64,000 bases of DNA from Penicillus capitatus. Its lineage: Eukaryota; Plantae; Chlorophyta. The stretch covers positions 1 to 64,000 of the forward strand of contig OZ287714.1 of the NCBI GenBank assembly GCA_965649825.1, given 5' to 3'. Positions 32,897-44,901 of this stretch are shown piece after piece; positions within the stretch are counted from its first letter, which is position 1; each line of letters starts with the position of its first letter. The notes beneath the pieces were generated by a model. It was not told where the DNA came from. It worked only from the letters and a program-made list of their open reading frames with translations, and did no database searches. The translations under genes and the position numbers were made by a program.

Positions 32897-34721
32897 TGTC
32901 GCCAAGATCTGGCTTGGCGATGTGACTGCCTCGTTCCTGAGGGGTTTACCGCTTGGGGGGGACGCAGGTTGACTCACCTGAGGCGCTATCCTCTGGTTCT
33001 GGCGCAAGGGTGACTCACCTGCCTCGGCATGTCACGTCGCCACGGGGATATTTAAACGGACAATTCGCACCATGTTTGCCCTTGCTCTGTAAACGTGAGA
33101 AGTCTTCCGCTGTTGTATCTTTCGTCCGACCCGACCGGCGACAAGTGGTTTCGGAGCGTCGTTGACGTTCCTTTGTTTGAAGCTCCGTCTGCGTGACGTT
33201 GCGCATTCGCTCTGTGTGTTGCGCCCTCCTTGGTGGAGGTTGAGTCCTGCCTAGACGAGGTCTAGACACGAGGAAGCTTCAAGGGACGACGGTCTAAGGA
33301 TGAGTCGAACACGAAGAGAATGGGGAGCGGAGCAGGGTCACTTAAAGGAGGGGTCTTTCTATGCCACCGCTGTTGGGTCGACTTTACTCAGCGAATTGGA
33401 GGAAGACGCGGGTCTGTACCCTGGTACCTTGTGGTATGCTAGGGTGCGGATACGGCCGGAACTTGTCGCTTCTTGGCACGGGGCGGATCAGTTTCTGATC
33501 GGGGAACGGGAAGTGAAAGCGTTTGTGAAGTACATCTGCCCCCGGCTGCGAGAGAGGCGCGAACTGCAAGAGACGACAGGACGATTGCGCGAGGAAAGAG
33601 AGCGGCTACGCCAGCGGGTGGCGACCCTCGACGCAGAGAACGAGCAACTGCGACAGCAGTTGCGGGTCGAGCGAAAAGGGGCCTCTGAGGCGAAGCAGAG
33701 TTTTCGCGAAGGAAAGGAAAAGGTCCTACAGCGTGAACAGCAAAACGTGTCTGAGGCGCGAAGAGCATGTGCCGAGGCGACGGCAGAAAGCGAGCGGCTC
33801 AAGGCCGTCAACTCGAAGCTGCAGAAGGATATCTCCGAGGCGAAACAAGGTGTCATCGAAGCACAGCAAGATGCGCACGAGGCACGCGTAGAAGCCTCCT
33901 CTATTCACGAGAAGCTTGAAGAGACAGAGACCGCCTTCGCAGAGGCAGAACGGCATTTTATTCGGGCACCCGATTTGGTGCCTTGTTTACAGTCACTGGC
34001 CGCTGAGGTGAAGACTCTGCAGGAGACCGTACGGACGCACAGCGAAAGAACGGCTGAGTTGATGACGACAAGACCGGTAGAGGAACGGAGAACCGTGAAG
34101 ACGTTGCATCAGATGAAGCGCGTCTTGCACGATATTGGGCGGTTCCCGCGCCGACGACGGACGAGAGCAGCCGACGCGGCAGACGATGGCAGAAGAGCCA
34201 TGAGACGCGGACGGCTTTGCTATAGCTGTCGATGTAAGGGGCACCTGGCAGAGGATTGTCCGCGAGTGCGGACCGCAGATATGGTTGAGTCATCGAATCC
34301 GACGACATTGGATTCGCAGCAGAGAGCGGGGGAACCGAACACAGAAGCATCATCATCTTCGGGATGGACCATTTTCTCGGCGCTGCGACGATTCACCTCG
34401 GGCATAGACTGATTTCATTAGATTCTTTTCGTGGGGGACTGCTTTACCTGTTTTCGGAGTTTGGCGGGAAGCGTGGTGTCGCCAAGATCTGGCTTGGCGA
34501 TGTGACTGCCTCGTTCCTGAGGGGTTTACCGCTTGGGGGACGCAGGTTGACTCACCTGAGGCGCTATCCTCTGGTTCTGGCGCAAGGGTGACTCACCTGC
34601 CTTGGCATGTCACGTCGCCACGGGGTTATTTAAACGGACAATTCGCACCATGTTTGCCCTTGCTCTGTAAACGTGAGAAGTCTTCCGCTGTTGTATCTTT
34701 CGTCCGACCGGACCGGCGACA
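32897..34721 (+). mobile_element. Non-autonomous LTR retroelement (1825 bp) with a single coiled-coil/CCHC ORF and no pol
   Basis: LTRs 32897-33143 (247 bp) and 34477-34721 (245 bp), both TGTCGCC...GGCGACA, differing by 3 substitutions and a 2-G indel; TSD AGATG (32892-32896, 34722-34726); PBS TGGTTTCGGAGC at 33146-33157; purine-rich GGCGGGAAGCGTGG before the 3' LTR. Confidence 0.93.
33300..34412 (+). CDS. Element-encoded 370-aa protein: novel N-terminal domain, about 200-aa coiled coil, CX2CX4HX4C zinc knuckle
   Basis: Intact intronless ORF filling the internal region; heptad-rich residues about 65-250; CYSCRCKGHLAEDC knuckle preceded by an Arg-rich stretch; no protease/RT/IN motifs. Confidence 0.85.
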   Translation: MSRTRREWGAEQGHLKEGSFYATAVGSTLLSELEEDAGLYPGTLWYARVRIRPELVASWHGADQFLIGEREVKAFVKYICPRLRERRELQETTGRLREERERLRQRVATLDAENEQLRQQLRVERKGASEAKQSFREGKEKVLQREQQNVSEARRACAEATAESERLKAVNSKLQKDISEAKQGVIEAQQDAHEARVEASSIHEKLEETETAFAEAERHFIRAPDLVPCLQSLAAEVKTLQETVRTHSERTAELMTTRPVEERRTVKTLHQMKRVLHDIGRFPRRRRTRAADAADDGRRAMRRGRLCYSCRCKGHLAEDCPRVRTADMVESSNPTTLDSQQRAGEPNTEASSSSGWTIFSALRRFTSGID

Positions 34722-36401
34722 AGATGTGTTGCCGGGATGTCGGTATGGATCGGAGTACTGTGCACAGATCATTTCGCGTGGGGTCTGTTATCCAGAATTT
34801 AACACCAAAGCCTGTTCGGCGAGGCGACACTCTCATTCGGGAGCTGCGTGTCATTCCCTCCATCCATCATCAAAACAGCAGCAACACTCTTTACCTTTAT
34901 AAAGAGGTTTCAGTGAAGGACAGAAACAGAAGAACATATGCAAAGGAATCGGGACCTTGGCGAAACGAAAGGTATGCCTTCCATCAAAGGACGTTGAGAT
35001 TTATCTAGCATAGACAGGTGTACTTGGCCGAGCGGCCGAAAAAAGAGCAGAACGAACAGTGCGTGAAATCTCCGAGATGATGAGAGATTCGACAGTCTCT
35101 GATGGACGAAAGGGTTCGCGAGGTATTGAGGGCGATGCGTCAGTGACAACAGGCTTTGTCGTATCGCCGCCGGTAATACGGTTGAGCGTGGCCAATGCTG
35201 TCATACTCACCATTCTGCCAGAGGCGCCATTTGCCCAAAGTGCAAAAGAAGAAACACGCGAGGAATACGCACACCACCACGACAACAAACCTCAAAGGCC
35301 GCGTGTCTTTCTTTTCGCTTGGCGAGCCAAAGGTTGTTCACCGCAATCTTCTTTTATGGTCACATCCGTCCGCGATAACATACTCGCGTGATGTGACAGC
35401 AGCATGCACCAATGATCATCTACAAGTGGATCTGCAAAGTGGCGACCCTGATGTGATGTGACGTGACAAACAGATGATAGACAACAGGGGATGACCATCA
35501 AAGTGGACAAAAGAGTGTCAAGGTCAGAGTAAACATGAGATCCAGCCGGTCACTCGAGCATTGCTTGACATCATCTGATGCGAATGTGAAGAGCATGGGA
35601 AACATGGACAGGCAGCATCATGACACAATGATGTCCAGTAGTTAAGCGACTGCAGCCCCTTTACGAATGGAGGGTCACATCTCCAGTACCCTCGGTCGCT
35701 CGACGGCTGTTCAACCACGATATCGACAACAACCGCCTGTTGTCACGCAGCACAGAATTCTCAAGCCTCTGACGTTTGAAACAGTCGATGCCTAGTGGCA
35801 CGAATAGGTCACGTCAGCGTTGACTTAGTCATCCTCCCGCCAAGCGACAACCCGTTTTCATCAAGTTCTCAAGCGGACAACGACAACACGCCTTTAAAAA
35901 GGTCACCCGGTCACCTTCCGTTGGCTCCCGTGCACTTTACTCTCGAGCATTCGTCTACGCGGAAGACTTCGCAAACGATGGACGCGGCGGTGACGCACGG
36001 CGGATAGAAACACGAGGCGGTACCTGTATCGTGTACTGCGCCGTGTGGATTTCGTTCACCCCTTATTCATCTTAACAAGCGCAACGAACCAACACCGCGT
36101 TCTTAGCCAGCCACGTGGATGGGTGTTGTCAACGCTGTGGTTCGTCCGTTCATGAACGACCCTTTAACAGCGACGGATAGCCATAAATTCAACGGAGCCT
36201 TCCTACGGCAAAGCTTCGCCGTTTTTGCACTTTCGCCCGCCTCCTTTCTCCGTTCCCCGTCCCAAGATCTTTCCCCAGTCGAAACAGCGTCCGTCTTCGG
36301 TGACCGCAGATTCCTCGCCATCATTTTTCCCGGCCTTAGCGAGAAGGCACTGAGACGTCGCGATTGATTCGGTACCGTCGAGGACGTTGCACACTCGATA
36401 T

Positions 36402-38099
36402 ATGGACGCCAATTTTCTACGCTGCACAGAGGGCAGTACCTCTGTCGATACGGCCCTGTTACTGAGCCAAGCCTTGTCCACCGTCAGCTCACTGACCCTC
36501 GGATCCGATTCGAACAGCACGGACGGCTCGCCACCACCGAGCGACGACGGCTCACGCAGAACCAAAGACAGCACGGACGAGTCAACCAATGCGCCGATGT
36601 GTCAAGTGCGCAACACCGACTGCCTTTTCTGCATTGTCTCATGGCAATTGGCGCGTTGCAGAATTCCGTCCTTCAGAAAAGAGAGGGTGCGGTAGAGGAG
36701 GCAATACATCTACCCTATACCATCGTGCCGGACAGCGAAACGAAGGCGCTGGACGAGTGGAATTGGGCGGATGGATTTCCATTTCCATGCCCAGTAGTAC
36801 GCGACCCTACGTCACGCAGCGGTTTTTACGTCCCGGGTGAAGTGCTGCGTCTTCAGTCAGGTCGACATCTGAACGAGACAACCCCGCGGCTGACAAAACA
36901 GCCGCCGACGCCGTTGCGACGAGTTGACGAACGAAGCGCCATGGAACATCGCCCGCAGACAACGGATAGACCGGAAAAGACCATTTCTCTGCGGGAGGTT
37001 ATTCGTCAGACGCCTATACACTTGTCGAATTTCCGCGATGGAGATGCCGAAGGGAATTTCTACGAAGCTTGGCTCTACGGTGATCCTCGACAACCACTCC
37101 GCGATCGCTTTGCCCGGATGGATCGCAACTTGCGTGCCAAGTTCATCGGTTTGAAGAATAGCAGCGCCCGTGTAAGAGACAAAGTGCGCCAGAAGAAGAT
37201 CACTTCCTACAAAGAGGTGGCCGAGGAGTTGGTCGAAGAGATCGGTCTGGCGAACATGCGCGACAAAAGGAGTGCCTTGGAGGCCGAGAACCTCAAACGC
37301 AGAGTCTACGATGTGTTGAATGTCTTCGAGGCAGTCGGTCTGATTGTCAAAGACCAGAAGAATGTTTATTGGAGAGGCAGTACAGCACCTAGAGAAAAAG
37401 AAACGCAGGCGCTTGAGCAGAAAGCATCACGTCTGGAAAAGACATTGGAGAGTCGACAGCATTACTTTGAGCAGATTCGCGAAAGCTACGATACACTTGC
37501 CGCCTTGAGTGAACGCAACAAGAGACAATCCGAAGAGACAGAAGAAGAAACATTGCCATTGCCTTTCCTCCTGCTCCATGCGCCCGAGGCTGTCTCAGTC
37601 GATGTCAATATTGCCTCCGAGCCGAAACAGGTGAGGGCCCTTGCTGCTAAGGGTAGACGCGATGGTCATGTCTCGCCTCCCACAGGTGCAGGTTTCCTTC
37701 CACAGTGAAGGGTATAGTGTTGATGGAGATATGTGGGCCTTGCGTAATCTCGCTTTGCCACGAGTGGATTGTCCCACACCGAGAACGTTTTTTCAGGATC
37801 TCTTTCGTACAGAATTCGCAAGGGATGGTACGACCCTTGCCGGCGGCCATGTGCCGTCCATGACTCCAGCCAATCCGCAGCAGGCCGTTAGAAACGATGC
37901 AGGTGCTTTTTCACATGTAGCCCAGATGATGGACATTAGAGATGATGATACGATGAAGATAGAGACGGTCATGGAGCCTGCCAGCGAGAAGGACAACAGG
38001 AAACGTCCCATCATCGAAGAACGTCCCTGCAAGCGCAGCCGATCCTCCTCGATGGGAGAATCCGAAAGCCCAACGATACCCAACACAGCCTCCATCTAA
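36402..38099 (+). CDS. DP-like (E2F dimerisation partner) transcription factor
   Basis: Winged helix GLKNSSARVRDKVRQKKITSYKEVAEELV...NLKRRVYDVLNVFEAVGLIVKDQKNVYWRG, then coiled coil and LPLPFLLL dimerisation segment; 5' exons uncertain. Confidence 0.8.
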
Positions 38100-38539
38100 A
38101 CGATGCAGATGTTCATCTCATGGAGGACTCCGCCGTCACATCCGCGAGCCACGAAAGAGATTTTAAGCTCTTGCTGCCCAGATGCCGAAATGCTCATCAA
38201 CGATGTATAAAGTCGCATGTCTCGAACGCTATGTACTAGCATCCAGAAGCCGTCTTTTATCTTTTTCGCCTGTCTTCGGTATTTGTGTACGATATATACT
38301 ACGAACCTGTTAATGAACAAAGCTTCTGGATGCAGCCAAACCTGCATATGTGTCTCTGAACTGTGAGGATGTGACAGATGCGATGCGCTTAGCTGTCCGG
38401 TGCACGAAATTCTTCGCATAAATTCAGTCAATTTCAAGACGAAGCCGTCTGAGATTTGTGCAGTGAACGCGACGAATTCATTTCTTACCTCGTATCCCTG
38501 TTTGTCAGAAGCGCTGTCTGTTCGCGATAGCCCACCACC

Positions 38540-39387
<848 letters not shown>

Positions 39388-39665
39388 AATCTGATCACGA
39401 AGCGAACTTGTGGAGTTCGTATGTCTGTCCTCTGGTTCAAATTGACTGTGTTATTCCTGAAAGCTTCTGCGATTAAAACAGACATTCGTTCGCTGGTTCT
39501 GCTGTTGAGAGTGTGTAATCGGAGCTGAGGACTTTGAATAATGGGGTAATGTATCCAGTTTTCAAGGGTTTCAACTTTCCTGTGCACTCTGCTGGTGTCT
39601 ATCTTGACGATTCCGAACGAAAAGAGCCAAAAATGTCCATTGACGAAATGGCGGCTGGGTTCAAT

Positions 39666-39753
39666 GCCTCGGTGGCTCAGTTGGTTAGAGCGTCGGTCTC
39701 ATAGCACAAAGTGGGAAATCCGGAGGTCGTGAGTTCGATCCTCACCCGGGGCA
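39666..39753 (+). tRNA. tRNA-Met(CAT), elongator type, with a 14-nt intron at 39704-39717
   Basis: GCCTCGG acceptor paired with CCGGGGC-A; D arm GCTCAGTTGGTTAGAGC; anticodon loop CTCATA^A with U31-U39 typical of elongator Met; T loop GTTCGATC; followed by a TTTTT Pol III terminator. Confidence 0.93.
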
Positions 39754-40008
39754 GACACTTTTTACCATGTCGAGCGACGATAGCGTCACCGTCCATGTAT
39801 CAACGGACATCTGCTGCTTCTCGATTGACGGCTAGCCTCTCGTAGCGTCGAGCTCGTCATTGCGTCAGTGGCAGGATCGAAAGGGCGTCGCTGTTACTGA
39901 ACAGTCGTGTGTATGTCGTGACGGAAACGACGCCGTCGCTGTCACATCGCAAGGGACACTGGTGGTTCTTTCTGCGACGTCACGCGATTCTCTCAGCAAA
40001 GGTAAAGG

Positions 40009-41985
40009 ATGTCTTATCTCCGTTCAAAATCGATAAGCCTCATGCGTCCACAGCAGGCAAAGCGATCATCGATGCTGACATCCTCGATGATAGACATGCT
40101 ATACGTTCGTAGATACGGTCTCTTGCGTCGCTGCTGTCGCCGTCAGTTTCTTCCGAATTGGAATCTGTATTGAGCTCGGATCAAATTTCTTCAAAACCGG
40201 CAGTGCTGGATGCACACGGACAGGATGAATCTTATCACGCTGCTATGGCACCTCAGCTGGTGACCTACCCGGAAACGACACGTCAGGTATGGGATGGGAG
40301 GAGACATCGATATGCGATAGCTCTGGCAACAGGTGTCAGAGATTCTGAAACTCTGCCATCGGACACGCACGCCTGTCATCCCCTTCGGCGCCGGAACCTC
40401 TCTCGAGGGTCACATCGCAGCCCTGCACGGCGGCATCTCTCTGGATCTGATGCGAATGAACAGAATCCTGGAGGTATGTTCGTGCAACACGCCGTCCCCG
40501 ATGGGGCTCCAATGGCCATTCCAGTTGGAGGTCGAGGACTTCTGTTGCCGAGTCGAAGCCGGCATCACACGGACAGCACTAAACACCGAGCTGAAAAACA
40601 CAGGTCCCTTTGTCCACTGTGATGGTCACGCTGCTGACAAAGGGATGAACCCAGGGCTCTTCTTCTCTGTGGATCCCGGTGCCGATGCCACACTCGGAGG
40701 CATGATCTCCACCAGGCAATACTCTCAGCCATATGCATCTCCCTGGCAGCATTGGTCTTTCTTAGAGCGTCTGGCACGAATACCGTGAGATATGGGACAA
40801 TGCGTGAGAATCTCCTTGGATGTACGGTTGTCTTGGCCAACGGAGATGTCGTCCATACCGGTAACGGGGTTGGACACAGATCTCGGTCTTCTGATTTGGA
40901 TGATAGGGGGCAAGGCCGTCAAGAGCAGTGCAGGATATGATCTCACACATCTGATGTGTGGGAGTGAAGGAACGTTGGGTATCGTTACCGAAGCTCTGAT
41001 CAAACTCCATCCCCTTCCGGAGAGCGTTGCCGCCGCCATTTGTACATTTCCATCCATCCAAGTTTCTCTCGCTGCTCGCTGCTTCGGCGATCATTGCATC
41101 GCATGACGCTTCAGGCTGCGGTGGATTTGGCAGTCGCTGTCATTCAGAACGGCATTCCGATTGCCAAGATCGAACTGCTCGATGACATGAGCATCGCGGC
41201 TGTCAATAGCTACTCAAAAATGCATCTCACTCCTTCTCCCACACTTTTCTTTGAGTTCGTTGGATCTCCCAACAGTGTCAAGGAACAGGTCTGCCCACAT
41301 ACATCCTGAGTCCTTCGCGAGACCGAACAGTCTGAAGGCGTAGAAGAAATTGCCAAAGATCACGGCGGATCGGAGTTCCGCTGGGAGACAACTTCAGAAG
41401 GACGGTCTCGTTTATGGAAAGCCCGACACACAGGTCTTCGTTTTTGCCTCGATCTCGCTCACGGATGACGTTTCTAGCGTATTGGGCGTGCCTTGCTGCT
41501 TATCCCAATCGCAAGGGTTATATCACAGATGTCTGCGTACCCGTCTCAAAACTCGCAGACTGCATCGTCGATGCACAAGACCGCGCCAAGTATGTCACTC
41601 TTTTCATTGGCCTGTCCCATAGCACAGTGAAGTGCGAGTGCAGGGAGGTTGGCCTTCCGGCGCCGATCGTTGGCCACGTAGGCGACGGCAATTTCCATTC
41701 CCTCATCCTCGTGCGTCCCGACAATCATCAAGAAATCGAGAAAGCAAAAGAGATCAGCAATGCTCTGGTCGAGCGAGCTCTACGCTGCGGCGGAACCTGC
41801 ACAGGTCATCTCTCCCCTACTCCATCCCCTGTGTTGAGAGATCTACAGGAGAGCATGGTATTGGGCACGGAAAGCTGAAGTACCTTGCTCAAGAACACGG
41901 GTCGACTGCCGTGGAGATGATGCGTTCGATCAAGCGCGCATTAGATCCTCATGGAATTCTCAATCCTGGCAAACTGGGCAGCTAA
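40009..41985 (+). CDS. DLD: FAD-linked D-lactate dehydrogenase (mitochondrial type), multi-exon
   Basis: [84 protein letters not shown]. Confidence 0.9.
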
Positions 41986-42030
41986 CGGCGAATCTCTGAT
42001 TTTCAACGTCTTGTCATTGTGTTTGGCCTT

Positions 42031-43687
42031 ATGGCATCGGTCTCCTGTCGTTCTGTGTCTTCCGAAATCGACGCGTCTTCCGTTCGGAGTCTGGCCTCTC
42101 TCCCCCACTGCATCCTGCAACGCGTTTTCCACTGTCTCTCACCCAGAGACCTCTGCCACGTCAGTGCCGTCTGTCGTCTCTGGCGTCAGTTGAACCGTGA
42201 CGTCGTGGGAGAGCGTCGCTGGCAACGTCATTACACTTGTCGATGGCCTCTCCACGTCACATCGCCTTCCCGTCCCTGGGCCGAGCTCTATGCCGAGAGG
42301 GTCTCACAGTCCACCGCGTTTAGGGGACGATTTTTTCATGACGGTCTCATTGCACACAGGGCTGGTGTCCGCAGTCTTCGGCTCCTGCCTCAGGAGAACC
42401 TTTTGGCCACCGGTTCTCTTGACAAGACCGTCAGGCTATGGGATCTGGAGCAAGGAATGCCCCTTTGTACGAGTCGATTACATGATGGGACAGTCCGATC
42501 CCTTGTACTACAGAAACATCCTGTCGAGGATGCCGTGCGATTGGTCTCCGGTTCAGAAGGGACGATCCGTATCTGGACGCTGCCTCGCGTATCTCTGTCT
42601 CTCAAACTGCACGAACCGACGAAACTCAAAAACCACACAGGACCGATCACGAGTCTGGCCATGTCTGGCGATCTCCTTTTTTCTGGATCGTGGGACTGCA
42701 GTGTCCATGTGTGGAGAGAAAGGGAATCGTGGCAGCTGACGTCGAGATATGTCTATCCTGACTGGATCTGGGCCGTGCATGCAAAACGCGATCAGTTTGT
42801 GGTGTGCTGTGGACGGAAAGTGATCGTTCAAAGCATCGAGACGGGCAGCCAATCGACCTCGATCTCTGATTTCTTGACAGAGGGTCACGTCACCTGCTGT
42901 CAGATGACGGAAGATGAGCGGTTCGTTATGACGGGGGCAACTGATGGAGCTGTCCGTCTCCATGACATCCGATGCCGAAAACAGGCAAGCGTCGGACGTT
43001 TCTTGGCAGCAGTCGATCACTGAGCCGTACAGATCACAGAACTTGCGTCGCATGGATCAGGAGTGACAAGTGTGACGTTTGAGGATCCGTGGATCGTGGC
43101 GGGTTCCTTGGACGGAACCTTATCCCTTGTCAATCTCGAACAGCAGCTCCATCCTGAACTGCACACGGTCTGTTCTTCTGGACGTCTTAGCAGTGAGAAG
43201 CTTTGTGTGTAGGTATCTCAGAATGCAGGTCACACACGGCAGCTGCAGTGCCAGAGTGGCTCAGTGTACTGTGTCGACATGTCACATCAGTGGATCGCTT
43301 GCGGTGCAGAGCAACCGACGGTGAGGTGACAGGTGATGTGTCTCCGTGGAGTGAGTGAGGGGTCGTGTCACTCAGGTACGCACGTGGGATTTCACAAAGG
43401 CCATCGCAGCCGCCAAGAAAGCCGAAATGGCGCGTCTCATTCGGCGCAATCGCAGAAATCGAACGCCGCTTCAGACGCCTCTGCACACAGAGGCATTGCC
43501 AGAAGACGCCGCACAGGAGAACGACGAGATCGGCTCCGATGAAGAGAAGAAAGAACTGACGGCAGCTTCCGAGTCGCTTCGTTCTTGTCGATGGCAGCAT
43601 CGACATACGCGCCGCCGAGATTTCTGGAATTCTTTTGGGCGGGGAGACAGTACAGACGACAGCGAAATCATCGATGCCTTTGGTTAA
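42031..43687 (+). CDS. F-box / WD40-repeat protein
   Basis: F-box LASLPHCILQRVFHCLSPRDLCHVSAVCRLW; WD40 repeats (LATGSLDKTVRLWD, LFSGSWDCSVHVW, GATDGAVRLHD). Confidence 0.85.
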
Positions 43688-43762
43688 GCTGATTGTCCGT
43701 CACAGTTTTCATCCATCCACCATGTAGCATCGTGTTCTGTTTATGTGGATGGACTTTGTCCA

Positions 43763-44854
43763 TCACTCTGTTCCTTCACTTTCGGTCTCTTCACATGACG
43801 AACCCTCATCTGAGCTCTCTTCCACAATCTCGCCTAGAAATGCAGCCACTTCTGTGAAATGCTGTTTGGGGAGGGCAACAGTATCTGACCTGTAAACCAT
43901 AAGACGGCATTGGGTATCAAGACGTCTTTGATCACGAGGCCGACGTCAAAGTCCTCTTCAATCGCTTCCTGGATGTTATGGATCTGTTCCAAATCGAGCT
44001 CCGCCGATCCGTCACTCACTGGCAACTAATGCGCGATCTTTATCAGAAAGAGTGAGAAGTGTGAGCAGACTTCAGGTGGTTCAAAGAAATCGAAGAAGGA
44101 CTCCGTTTCGACGATCGTCTGCTTGCCTCGTTTCCATTGTGTCTTGTATTTTGGATTCTTGTGTGGCTTCCAATCAATGATGCAGCCTTTTGAACAGACC
44201 AAGAGATTTTCATCTTCATCTCCCAGTATATAGGTCTTCTTCAGTTCCCTCATGGAGAAGTACGCATTCGGCTCAAAGAGAAAGGCAAGACGAAATCCGT
44301 TCCGCTCTCCTTCGAGCACCTCAACACGGACATCGATGAGATACCTAATCCAGAAGGGGAAGCTGTATGGAAGCTGGAGACAGCGGCTGGGAGCACTTGA
44401 GAATGTCTTCATCTGTTTTGTGAATGGTGCTTCCCACGGTGGCAGAGCTCATAAACACTTTCAGCCAAAAATGCGGAACTGGACACATCGCCGCCGTAGA
44501 TATGGAAGGAAGCACATGTCCAACGCACATACCTGCGAACGCGTCTCCTCCTTTCTTGCCGCGAATGAGTCGCGCGCGTGTATCGTACACGGGATCTATG
44601 AAAGCGAGATTTGTCCAGGCGAGGGTCTCGGGGCGAGTACCATAGAGTTTTTTGTATTTGGCGTTCAGGAGTCTGAGTTCTTTGCTGTATTCCTGCTTGA
44701 GTGTGTCGCATTTTCGTTGGAGGAGCCGAAGTTGCTCAACGGATTGCCTCAATGGCGGCGAGAGCGCCTGGAGAAATTGGTCGACGTTTTCTTTACGCCA
44801 GCGCGGCTAAGCATTCCACTTCAGGGGCGACATCGCGAGTTGGGGGTTTACCAT
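43763..44854 (-). CDS. Nucleosome assembly protein (NAP1-like)
   Basis: LRLLQRKCD...LY|DPVYDTRARLIRG, VPHFWLKVF, DEDILK, YLIDV, FLFEPNAYF, GCIIDWK, ESFFDFF, EEDFDVG..IKDVLIPNAVLWFTG, acidic tail; ATG placement approximate. Confidence 0.8.
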
Positions 44855-44901
44855 GTGGCGCCTGATGTCTTGTCTGCGTCGTCAATGACGGTTTGTCGAC
44901 A

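Noticed and set aside
34830-36000. Several 70-110 aa ORFs on both strands between the element and the DP gene
   Set aside because: Could be a small spliced gene, but no frame or family could be supported.
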